From assembly GCA_017647725.1 (NCBI GenBank), contig JAGCKB010000176.1, forward strand, positions 1 to 58,328: a stretch of DNA of 58,328 bases, given 5' to 3'. This stretch comes from Bacteroidaceae bacterium (lineage in GTDB: Bacteria; Bacteroidota; Bacteroidia; Bacteroidales; Bacteroidaceae). Below are positions 37,092 to 44,958 of this stretch, piece after piece. Within the stretch, counting starts at the first letter, position 1, and every line of letters starts with the position of its first letter. A model generated the notes under the pieces. The model was not told the origin of the DNA. It was given only the letters and a program-made list of their open reading frames with translations, and made no database searches. A program made the translations under genes and the position numbers.

Positions 37092-37286
37092 TCACTCTAT
37101 CGGTTTAAACATTTCACATTGTTCGGTCTTGGAATTGTATGCAGGGAACTCCACAAAAGGAGCAAACTTGTATGGTCGCTTTTCCCACATACAAAATAGC
37201 CTATACCGAACACAATTCTCTCGTATAGCGCAATCTTCGCCACCGCAATGCGCTACATCTGTGGTGTAAGTTATCTTATTTTTCAT
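37092..37286 (-). CDS. hypothetical Cys-rich small protein
   Basis: 64 aa. Confidence 0.45.
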   Translation of the reverse strand: MKNKITYTTDVAHCGGEDCAIRENCVRYRLFCMWEKRPYKFAPFVEFPAYNSKTEQCEMFKPIE

Positions 37287-37287
37287 A

Positions 37288-37554
37288 TTAATCTTCTATA
37301 TTAAAATGTTTTTCAATGCTCTTTCTTATTATAAAAGTTAAATAGTACAAAATGAATGCCAACAAAGTGAATATCCAGATGATAGACATAATTATCATAT
37401 CCGAGTAATAATCATCCCTATATTCCTCAAACTTATACCTCCGTTTGGCATATTCATCTTTGGAATAATTTCTTGCACACAAATAGTACAATAATAAATA
37501 CGTGAGAAAGGCTATGAAAAGATAACTACCTAATATTATTATACTCTTTCCCAT
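37288..37554 (-). CDS. small membrane protein (2 predicted TM helices)
   Basis: Hydrophobic runs IIILGSYLFIAFLTYLLLYYL and MIIMSIIWIFTLLAFILYYLTFII. Confidence 0.5.
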   Translation of the reverse strand: MGKSIIILGSYLFIAFLTYLLLYYLCARNYSKDEYAKRRYKFEEYRDDYYSDMIIMSIIWIFTLLAFILYYLTFIIRKSIEKHFNIED

Positions 37555-37784
37555 TCTTTAGTTTCAATTATTGTTAATGCTCGGTCAATTAACTCTTCCA
37601 AACGGAATGATGTTTTTAGAAGTATGCGGTCATCACTAACGCAAAATAGGTAGTTGAAGCAAGATACGCTATCAACATATTCTAATGTAATTTTTTTCCT
37701 CTCGCATTCAATATGCAAAAAATACTCTTTGCCATTATACTCTATGCTCAACGGCAACTTGTCTATTTTCTCTTGTAGGGTCAT
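37539..37784 (-). CDS. hypothetical protein
   Basis: 81 aa. Confidence 0.45.
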   Translation of the reverse strand: MTLQEKIDKLPLSIEYNGKEYFLHIECERKKITLEYVDSVSCFNYLFCVSDDRILLKTSFRLEELIDRALTIIETKEWERV

Positions 37785-37786
37785 AA

Positions 37787-38017
37787 TTATTCCTTTCCGT
37801 AATTATCCAAATAGTAAGCAAAAGACTTCGCACAATTAAGAATTTCGTTAGCGTGTGCTTTCATTTCGTGTTTTACGCCTTTCAAGCCTAACGCCCAATG
37901 TGAACGGTCTTTTACACCTAACTCGTTTATAACATCTATAAGGCGATTAAGGGAGTTTTCTATATCCTTTGTACCCTCGCCATTGCCTATAAATTCTATT
38001 GTCCTGTGTACGCTCAT
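37787..38017 (-). CDS. hypothetical protein
   Basis: First ATG; the track start at 38023 is TTG. Confidence 0.45.
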   Translation of the reverse strand: MSVHRTIEFIGNGEGTKDIENSLNRLIDVINELGVKDRSHWALGLKGVKHEMKAHANEILNCAKSFAYYLDNYGKE

Positions 38018-38019
38018 AA

Positions 38020-38160
38020 TCAATAAAGTTCAAATGAATTATCTTCGTCATCATAGACTGCTTTTGTTATACTTTCTCTGCCCGAAGCATAAGCATCTAC
38101 ATACACCTCTGCATCATCTGGCACATTCGCCAGAGCTTCTTTAAGTTCCTTTGCTGTCAT
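38020..38160 (-). CDS. small acidic hypothetical protein (46 aa; not in the ORF track)
   Basis: My own translation gives MTAKELKEALANVPDDAEVYVDAY.... It has an ATGA overlap with the upstream gene stop. Confidence 0.4.
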   Translation of the reverse strand: MTAKELKEALANVPDDAEVYVDAYASGRESITKAVYDDEDNSFELY

Positions 38161-38369
38161 TTACATTCATATATTAGACCGTTAGACAATATATAATATC
38201 CGTAAGATGCATTATAATCCTTTATTGTTAAGGTATCTCCGCATATTACAATAGTTTCTCCTATTCTCTGTTTGTTGCGAGCTGTTTCTTGCAAACCTAT
38301 TGTTACTAATATTGCAACAAGGCTTAACAAGAAAATTATCAGATATAATAAGATAAATCCTGTTCTCAT
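38157..38369 (-). CDS. small membrane-anchored protein
   Basis: N-terminal TM segment ILLYLIIFLLSLVAILVTIGL. Confidence 0.5.
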   Translation of the reverse strand: MRTGFILLYLIIFLLSLVAILVTIGLQETARNKQRIGETIVICGDTLTIKDYNASYGYYILSNGLIYECK

Positions 38370-38584
38370 ACTTCTAACTTTGGTATTGGTAAATAATGGG
38401 TGTAAGTTTTAAATTTGAATATCGCCATTTTATCACATTCAAGAGAATCTTCGGTAAGTAAATGATGATATTCTCCGAGTTCATCATATCCTCTAATTAC
38501 TATTGGAATTTGTTTCAAAGCCTCTCTTGTACACTCCTCTGTTGCAAAACCGTTCTCATCGCGGTCTATCTCTATCCAATTCAT
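38366..38584 (-). CDS. hypothetical protein
   Basis: Internal ATG (MNWIEIDRDENG...) of the track ORF 38366..38674. The upstream 30 codons look non-coding and overlap the next gene. Confidence 0.45.
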   Translation of the reverse strand: MNWIEIDRDENGFATEECTREALKQIPIVIRGYDELGEYHHLLTEDSLECDKMAIFKFKTYTHYLPIPKLEV

Positions 38585-38586
38585 AG

Positions 38587-38772
38587 TTATTTCTTTATTG
38601 TCAATTCTATAATAAAATATATAAAAGTAGCAAAGGTAATTACGCCCATAAGAAAAGCACAAAACGCTCTCCATTCAGTAATCCAATATACGGGGTTAAT
38701 ACTCCAATGAGCAAAGGCAAACAGCAGAAATATGGCTATATTGCCAAGAAGTCCTAATATTACTATTTTCAT
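38587..38772 (-). CDS. small membrane protein (2 TM helices)
   Basis: 61 aa, mostly hydrophobic. Confidence 0.5.
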   Translation of the reverse strand: MKIVILGLLGNIAIFLLFAFAHWSINPVYWITEWRAFCAFLMGVITFATFIYFIIELTIKK

Positions 38773-38969
38773 TTCCTGTGCGTTTTCTTGTTCTTATTCT
38801 TTTTTCTTCTCGCTTTAATTGCTTTGGGATTATTACCTTTCTTTGTTGAACTGCCTTTGCATAATGTGTTGCCTATATGCGAATAGGTGTTACTTAATTT
38901 ACTTGCCGTTGAGGCGTGAAATAGGTCTACATACAAAGCAGCTTCTTCCATAGCACTACCTATACTCAT
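38769..38969 (-). CDS. hypothetical protein with very basic C-terminal tail
   Basis: 66 aa ending KAIKARRKKNKNKKTHRK. Confidence 0.45.
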   Translation of the reverse strand: MSIGSAMEEAALYVDLFHASTASKLSNTYSHIGNTLCKGSSTKKGNNPKAIKARRKKNKNKKTHRK

Positions 38970-39403
38970 TCCGCACCTCCTTTCAATAGTTCAGGATTAT
39001 CAAACACGTTACCAATTACCTCTTTTCCGTATTTATCAACCCAATCTTTACGAATTTGACAAAAATCAAAATCCCAACCTTGTATTGGCTTTGCGACAAA
39101 CATTGCATTATCTTCGTTATACTCGACTTTGTGCAAGATTGCTCTGCAATCGCACTTTTGGCTAAATATTATATCTCCCTCGTATATCTCCTTTCCGTTC
39201 TTGTCAAGCAGTCCTGTGAACTGACCTATTGTCTCGGAAATAACCTCATAGCCGTCTAAACTATTACAATCGCTCGGATAATAGGTTAGATGCGGCAATA
39301 TGTAAAACTTACCTTTTTTATGTCCCATTCCCGTAAGCATATCTCCAAAAACAAAAACGTCTTTGTCAATCCTCTTACCTCTAAACTTTATTTCCCGTTT
39401 CAT
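38966..39403 (-). CDS. YopX-like protein
   Basis: IKFRGKRID ... FTGLLDKNGKEIYEGDII matches the YopX family pattern. Confidence 0.65.
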   Translation of the reverse strand: MKREIKFRGKRIDKDVFVFGDMLTGMGHKKGKFYILPHLTYYPSDCNSLDGYEVISETIGQFTGLLDKNGKEIYEGDIIFSQKCDCRAILHKVEYNEDNAMFVAKPIQGWDFDFCQIRKDWVDKYGKEVIGNVFDNPELLKGGAE

Positions 39404-39414
39404 AACTAAATCTC

Positions 39415-39783
39415 TTAATTTGTATCTTGAAAATGCTCTTTTACTCTTTGTGCAAAAACTCTTGGCTTTTCGTAGTATATATATCCTTTCCCTTTTAATC
39501 TTCTTTTATATTTATGTATAACCATACGACCACCGCAGATACCAATACAGGCTTCACCAACTTGTTTTAAGCTATATTCAAGGTTGAGGTTGCAGTATCG
39601 CAAGCTGTCATTTTGAACCCCCTCATATCCAAAAGAGCGAAGGAATAAAATGACCTCCCAGCCGTCTTTGTAGTTATCTACAACTGTAAAAATCGTTAGT
39701 CGATTTTGCTTGTTAATTAGGTCGTATAGGGATAACTTACCTTTGTTTTCAAATCTGCCAAGTTGTAAAACTCTTCGTGTCAT
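39415..39783 (-). CDS. hypothetical protein
   Basis: 122 aa. Confidence 0.5.
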   Translation of the reverse strand: MTRRVLQLGRFENKGKLSLYDLINKQNRLTIFTVVDNYKDGWEVILFLRSFGYEGVQNDSLRYCNLNLEYSLKQVGEACIGICGGRMVIHKYKRRLKGKGYIYYEKPRVFAQRVKEHFQDTN

Positions 39784-40070
39784 ACTCTTCTCTTGTTAAA
39801 TTCAATTTTCTCCTTGATAATTCTCTCTACATCCACCCCACGGCGGTGCAGCTCTGTGAGGCAACAGATAAGCACATCCGTCAACTCCTCCTGCGCCTCG
39901 GTGTACTGGGGCAGGTGCTCACTCTTTTTCACCTCACTCGCCTCGCGGAACTCCTTCAGCTCGCTGAGGATATCGAAGAACGCATCAAGGTGGCCTGCAT
40001 CCTTTTCTGTCTTGCCGCGAATAATCGCGGTATTAAATGCTGTCTGTGCTAATTGGTTAATTTCACTCAT
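39780..40070 (-). CDS. MazG-like nucleotide pyrophosphohydrolase
   Basis: 96 aa, all-alpha, with E-rich motifs: SELKEFREA ... EAQEELTDVLICCLTEL. Confidence 0.5.
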   Translation of the reverse strand: MSEINQLAQTAFNTAIIRGKTEKDAGHLDAFFDILSELKEFREASEVKKSEHLPQYTEAQEELTDVLICCLTELHRRGVDVERIIKEKIEFNKRRV

Positions 40071-40929
40071 CTATTTCAATATTAAAATAATCTTCTATGA
40101 ATTTCTTACAATCATCAAGTCGTGGTCCAAAATGTGCTGTTTTTGCTTCTACAAAACCTTTAAGACTGTCGAAAAAGACATCCTGCACAAAGAGGTCGTA
40201 TATACTTGAAAAATTTTTTTTGCTTGCCAACCCATCGTGGCTATCCCACCACTTCTTTCCTGCTCGGAGATATGCTTTCAAGAAACGAGGATTTGCCTTG
40301 AAATCCGCTAATCCTCTATCGGCAACCAAAGGACAGCCGGTACAACCCAATCTTCGTTCAACGTGGAAATTACCCTGCTCATCGTAGTACAACGGGTGGC
40401 ACTTTATTCCGCGCTCTTTGATAAACTCCTCTACATCTTTGTCAGTCCAATCCAAAATCGGCAAAAACACTTGAACGTGATTCTTCTTTGAACCGTATAT
40501 CCTGCATATCTGCGGCTCTTTATACCTCTCTGCACGTTTTACACTCTCGCTTCTCCTTATTCCTTGAATGGCAATATCGCAAATCTTGTACTCTTTCAAC
40601 TTGTCGCAACAGAACCTTGCACGAAAGGTCGGAAAACCCTTGCGCTCTATTAACTTGAAGAAGCTCTCCTTTGGCATCACAACCTCTACTCCCTTGCTCT
40701 TACAATGCGCTGTAGTGCCTTTGGGGTCTATCGTGGTACACTTGTATATGGGCCGAACTGGTATGCCGGCCATCTTTACAAGCTCTAAGATTACATCGCT
40801 GTCTTTCCCGCCGGAATAGCAAAGCTCTATCTCTTTGTCTTGTGGGATGCTCTGTAGTAGCCTTATTGCCTGACGTACTTTCTTTTCAAGTGATGACGGT
40901 TCATCTATCTTTAGGAAATTATCTCTCAT
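40063..40929 (-). CDS. PAPS-reductase-family PP-loop ATP pyrophosphatase
   Basis: PP-loop YSGGKDS near the N-terminus and C-terminal RRLGCTGCPL. Confidence 0.7.
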   Translation of the reverse strand: MRDNFLKIDEPSSLEKKVRQAIRLLQSIPQDKEIELCYSGGKDSDVILELVKMAGIPVRPIYKCTTIDPKGTTAHCKSKGVEVVMPKESFFKLIERKGFPTFRARFCCDKLKEYKICDIAIQGIRRSESVKRAERYKEPQICRIYGSKKNHVQVFLPILDWTDKDVEEFIKERGIKCHPLYYDEQGNFHVERRLGCTGCPLVADRGLADFKANPRFLKAYLRAGKKWWDSHDGLASKKNFSSIYDLFVQDVFFDSLKGFVEAKTAHFGPRLDDCKKFIEDYFNIEIDE

Positions 40930-41131
40930 TGTGTGTACTTATTAAATACCGCATCTCCTCCTCATCCGTCATATAGCGGATGGTTGGTTTACTTTTTAGC
41001 TCACTATTTAGCTTACTACTCGCTTTTGTCGTGAGTTTTGCGTATGCGGTGCATAATAAAGGACCTTTCTCTGCGATAAACTTCAAAACCTCAAGTATCA
41101 TAAAATTCTCTTCCTTAAAAATTTTGCCCAC
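40919..41131 (-). CDS. hypothetical protein
   Basis: 70 aa. Confidence 0.4.
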   Translation of the reverse strand: MGKIFKEENFMILEVLKFIAEKGPLLCTAYAKLTTKASSKLNSELKSKPTIRYMTDEEEMRYLISTHNER

Positions 41132-41514
41132 TTGTATTCAATTCTCGCACCGCGGCTTTCTTTCCAATTATCGAGCTGGTATATCTTGTCGCAGAAGGTT
41201 ATCGCCCAAAGGCACTTAATCATACAGCGGAGCCAACTCCAATTCTTCTTGCATATCTTCATCGGGTTCACAACCTCGTAACCCATCGAGGCAAGCGTCC
41301 TCTCCGCGTTACTGAAATTTCCGTATGCCACAAGATACGGTAGGTCGCTTACCCTGCCGCTGATGAATACCTTGGGACGGATGCCGTGCAATGACATCAG
41401 GCGGCAGTGCTCTTCCATCGCCCCTGTAGTATAAGCCCTCATCAGGGCGATACCATCTGCTTTGTGTCTGTGCGCTATCGCATATTCGTGAGCGCGTTTG
41501 TTGATGTTGTTCAT
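41098..41514 (-). CDS. DUF4406-like (nucleoside 2-deoxyribosyltransferase-like) protein
   Basis: VFISGRVSDLPY...NFSNAERTLASMGYEVVNP matches the ISGP(M/I)(T/S)G...N...F..A...L...G..V.NP pattern. Confidence 0.5.
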   Translation of the reverse strand: MNNINKRAHEYAIAHRHKADGIALMRAYTTGAMEEHCRLMSLHGIRPKVFISGRVSDLPYLVAYGNFSNAERTLASMGYEVVNPMKICKKNWSWLRCMIKCLWAITFCDKIYQLDNWKESRGARIEYKWAKFLRKRIL

Positions 41515-42818
41515 ATTGCTTGTCTAATTCTATACATATTGTTGTTTACAAGGTTTATTATCTCGTTGTGGCGTGGAGTGTTTTGGTTACAGACTCCACG
41601 CGACTGCACCACTTTGAAGGTTTGGGTGTTGACCTCTACTGTCTCTATACGGTTACCCAGCTTGTCTTTGGCTGAGAGTATGAGACTATGGGCTTTTTTG
41701 TAATACTCGTTGACATATACGCAGTGGTGCATTGCTGTACCTTCGTGTTCCATTTCTTCGACCGACTGTATAACAGTGACTATAATGTTTTCATTGCCAA
41801 AGCAGATTCCGAAGAACTGGCCTTTGGTCTCCCGGTACTTAACTTCCCACTTTTTCATTTCTACCCGGCGTGCTTCAAGCTCTCTCTTTTTTTCTTCACT
41901 ATGGATTTTGTTCGCTAATCTTTCGTGTTCCGCGTAAATATCTGCCGGGCATACATAATGAGCATTATGAGTATCAAGGTTCAGACGCAGGAGATTGTCA
42001 ATATGGTCCAACCATATATCAGGGTCTGCTATGCGATAGTGATTACGGTTACATATCCTAACTGCGTGCACCGGGTACTCTGTTTTGCCTGTGCGCAACA
42101 AGTGAAGAAACAATTCGCGCTGAGTCTTGGCAAGCATCTCCAATGCAGGATGCGACAAAAGAGCTTTGCAGACTTCTACCGGGCTTATGTTAGGTTTCAA
42201 GAACCGATTATCCCAACCGTTGCGCTTTAATTTTGCGGTAACAGAAACGCGAGGATAGATATAATTGCCCGTAACGTCGAACATATCATTTAAAACATAA
42301 CACCCTGTGTAGTTGGCATTGTGTTCTCTTGGCTTATTCAACGGCGTATCATATGCCCATCTCTCACCCATAAGCGGAGAGCGGGTGTAGCCTTTGGAAA
42401 GGATATATTCCTTACCGTCAGGTGCAACCCAGTTCTGATAAACCTCGTCCATATAGTAATGCGTTGGATTTCCGTAGGTATTGCAACGCTGGGCAACGAC
42501 AGTGCGAAAGACTTGCCAACCGGCAATATGGGTGATGTAGGTTATGTAATACCTCTCGGTGTGATGTTTACCTCTCCTGCGGTCTAAATTGAAATGCGCC
42601 CCACATTCGGGGCACTGACCGCCGAGTTCGAGGTCTATGTCTATCACACCCGGCAACTCGCGGTGGATGTGACCACAACATTGGCACCATATTTCACCGC
42701 CTCGTTTTAGATACGCCACACGCTCATAATGCGAGTGTGCGTATTCTATCTGCGCTTTGGTGAAGGGTTTTAATCTCTTTTGTAGAGCAAGGATTTCATT
42801 GAGGATTGCTTTTCTCAT
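41511..42818 (-). CDS. PcfJ-like protein with N-terminal zinc ribbon
   Basis: CQCCGH...CPECG zinc ribbon, and C-terminal EMEHEGTAMHHCVYVNEYY. The start is set at the ATG (MRKAILNE) 1 nt after the upstream stop; the 56-codon extension in the track overlaps the upstream gene. Confidence 0.55.
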   Translation of the reverse strand: MRKAILNEILALQKRLKPFTKAQIEYAHSHYERVAYLKRGGEIWCQCCGHIHRELPGVIDIDLELGGQCPECGAHFNLDRRRGKHHTERYYITYITHIAGWQVFRTVVAQRCNTYGNPTHYYMDEVYQNWVAPDGKEYILSKGYTRSPLMGERWAYDTPLNKPREHNANYTGCYVLNDMFDVTGNYIYPRVSVTAKLKRNGWDNRFLKPNISPVEVCKALLSHPALEMLAKTQRELFLHLLRTGKTEYPVHAVRICNRNHYRIADPDIWLDHIDNLLRLNLDTHNAHYVCPADIYAEHERLANKIHSEEKKRELEARRVEMKKWEVKYRETKGQFFGICFGNENIIVTVIQSVEEMEHEGTAMHHCVYVNEYYKKAHSLILSAKDKLGNRIETVEVNTQTFKVVQSRGVCNQNTPRHNEIINLVNNNMYRIRQAI

Positions 42819-42819
42819 A

Positions 42820-43236
42820 TCAGTCGAACAGTGATGCCATTTGAGGTTGCGGTTTCTTCTCTCGGGCTTTGGCTTTGCGTTCAATCTCTTTTTGCTTGAA
42901 CTCAGCTGATATCTGCGCTTTGTATTCTTTTTCTGCTTGCAGGCGCAGAGCCTCCTGCTGTTCCTTGGTGAGCTCAGGTTCAGCATTTATCTTTGCCGTT
43001 CTCGCATTTGGTGCTTTGCGAATGTTGATGTCTTCCTCATCGTAGTAGTGAACAGCCATTCCATACACCTCCTCGTCACTGATGACAGCACAACCATTCT
43101 TGGCTCTCGCATAAGCCTCACCGGTAATATATTTGCAACACTCGTCAATGCTCTTTTTAGGGTTTGCATACTTGGCGGCAAAGAGTTCATCAATCTTCGC
43201 CCTGTTATCGAGATATTTTTTTATTGCTTTTTCCAT
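42820..43236 (-). CDS. PcfK-like protein
   Basis: 138 aa. The N-terminal helical domain (KYITGEAYARAKNG...EVYGMAVHYYDEE) plus a basic/coiled tail, and the pairing with a PcfJ-like gene, match conjugative elements. Confidence 0.45.
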   Translation of the reverse strand: MEKAIKKYLDNRAKIDELFAAKYANPKKSIDECCKYITGEAYARAKNGCAVISDEEVYGMAVHYYDEEDINIRKAPNARTAKINAEPELTKEQQEALRLQAEKEYKAQISAEFKQKEIERKAKAREKKPQPQMASLFD

Positions 43237-43264
43237 ATCAATTTATCCATTTGATTGTTGTTGT

Positions 43265-44644
43265 TCATTGTGTGCTGTGTTTTTTGATGAGGTAATTGAG
43301 GCTGTCGAGGAGGCTTTGCTGTACGCCTTTTTTACTTTCAAGGGCTTTGCTGGCGCGTTCATCGACGGTGCCTGCTGCGATTAATTGGTAGACGGTTACG
43401 GGGTGCTGTTGGCCTTGGCGGTGGAGACGGGCATTGGCTTGTTGGTAGTGCTCGAGATTCCATCCTGTGCCGAACCATACGATGTAGTGACCGCCTTGTT
43501 GCATATTGAGACCGTAGGCGGTGCTTGCAGGGTGCGCGAGGAGTACGTCGATGTTGCCGGTGTTCCAGTCTATGAGGTCTTGCTCGCCTTGGTATGTGCG
43601 GACGCGGTAGCCTTTGAGGGCATCGGTGATACGTGGGATGTCGTGTTTGTATTGGTAGAACACGAGCACGCTTGCGCCGCTTGCGGCTTCGACGATCTCG
43701 ACAAGGCGGTCTATCTTCTCACGGTGTATCTCGTGTGCGAGGCGGTCGTCATCGTAGACTGCGCCGTTTGCGAATTGTGAGAGCTTGTTCATTAGGCCTG
43801 CGGCGGAGTTGGCGAGGATGTTGTTTGGTTCTTCGGCGTGTTCGGCTTTGAACTGGAGTACTTTCTCGCGCTCGAACTCTTGATAGGCTTTGCGTGTCTT
43901 GTCGCTCAGCGGTATGTTGATGATGTGGGTTATCATTGACGGCAGTTGCAGATAGTCCTTTGCCTGCATTGAGAGACAGATGTCGGCTATCTTACTTCGG
44001 ATAATATCCTCGCAGCTGCTCTTGATGGTGCTGCGCACTACGATGTTGTTCCACTTTTGCAGGGTGAAATAGGTCTCGCGGTACTTGGTTACTGACTTGC
44101 CAAGCCTTTCGCCTTGGTCGAGGCAGTATATCTGTGCCCAAAGGTCTATGAGACCGTTGGGGGCAGGGGTGCCTGTGAGGCCGATGACGCGCCGAATGCT
44201 TGGCAAGCAGATGCGCATTGCCTTGAAGCGTTGGCTCTTACTGCTCTTGAAGGAGGTGAGTTCATCGATTACTATGGTGTCGAAGGGTAGACGGCCTTGG
44301 TACTTGGCCACGAGCCAAGCGAAGTTGTCGCGCCCTGTGACATAGACGTCGGCGGCGGTGGCAAGTGCAGTGTTGCGCTGCTTCTCGCTGCCGAGTACTT
44401 TTATGACGCGGAGTCCGTGAAGGTGTTCCCATTTATCGGCCTCGGTGGACCAAGTTGTCTCGGCTACCTTCTTGGGGGCGATGACGAGTGCGCGGTTGAC
44501 TTCGCAGTCGTCGATGAGTTGCTGCAAGGCGGTGAGGGTGGAGACTGTTTTACCGAGGCCCATATCAAGGAATAACCCACAGCGTGGCTTGTCGATTATC
44601 CATTGTATGGCGGTGCGCTGGTATTCGTAGGGGGTGAATTTCAT
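43265..44644 (-). CDS. SNF2-family helicase
   Basis: LDMGLGKT (motif I), VIDELTSF (II), LTGTPAPN (III), QANARLHRQGQ (VI). Confidence 0.85.
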   Translation of the reverse strand: MKFTPYEYQRTAIQWIIDKPRCGLFLDMGLGKTVSTLTALQQLIDDCEVNRALVIAPKKVAETTWSTEADKWEHLHGLRVIKVLGSEKQRNTALATAADVYVTGRDNFAWLVAKYQGRLPFDTIVIDELTSFKSSKSQRFKAMRICLPSIRRVIGLTGTPAPNGLIDLWAQIYCLDQGERLGKSVTKYRETYFTLQKWNNIVVRSTIKSSCEDIIRSKIADICLSMQAKDYLQLPSMITHIINIPLSDKTRKAYQEFEREKVLQFKAEHAEEPNNILANSAAGLMNKLSQFANGAVYDDDRLAHEIHREKIDRLVEIVEAASGASVLVFYQYKHDIPRITDALKGYRVRTYQGEQDLIDWNTGNIDVLLAHPASTAYGLNMQQGGHYIVWFGTGWNLEHYQQANARLHRQGQQHPVTVYQLIAAGTVDERASKALESKKGVQQSLLDSLNYLIKKHSTQ

Positions 44645-44958
44645 TTAGTGGGTTTTAATAAAACTTGGTCGATGCTTTCACGGGTGTCGCAGACGTGAAC
44701 GGTGTGACCGATTGCGGACATTTGGCTGTGGCGGATGAGTTGCATTGTGGTAGGTTTCTCGCCTTTGCTTTTGAGTTCTATCCACACGGTGCGGCCTCCT
44801 GACAACAGGCATATTCTGTCGGGGTAACCGACCATACCGGGGTTGCTGTACTTGAGGCAGACACCACCGAGGCTCTTGACACGTTCCACAAGGTAGCGTT
44901 CAAGGGCTTTCTCGGAGGTGAGTGCGTGGTTGGTAATGCGGTCTGTTCGCGTGCTCAT
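44641..44958 (-). CDS. VRR-NUC domain nuclease
   Basis: GYPDRICLL...VWIELKS (D...E-x-K). Confidence 0.75.
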   Translation of the reverse strand: MSTRTDRITNHALTSEKALERYLVERVKSLGGVCLKYSNPGMVGYPDRICLLSGGRTVWIELKSKGEKPTTMQLIRHSQMSAIGHTVHVCDTRESIDQVLLKPTK

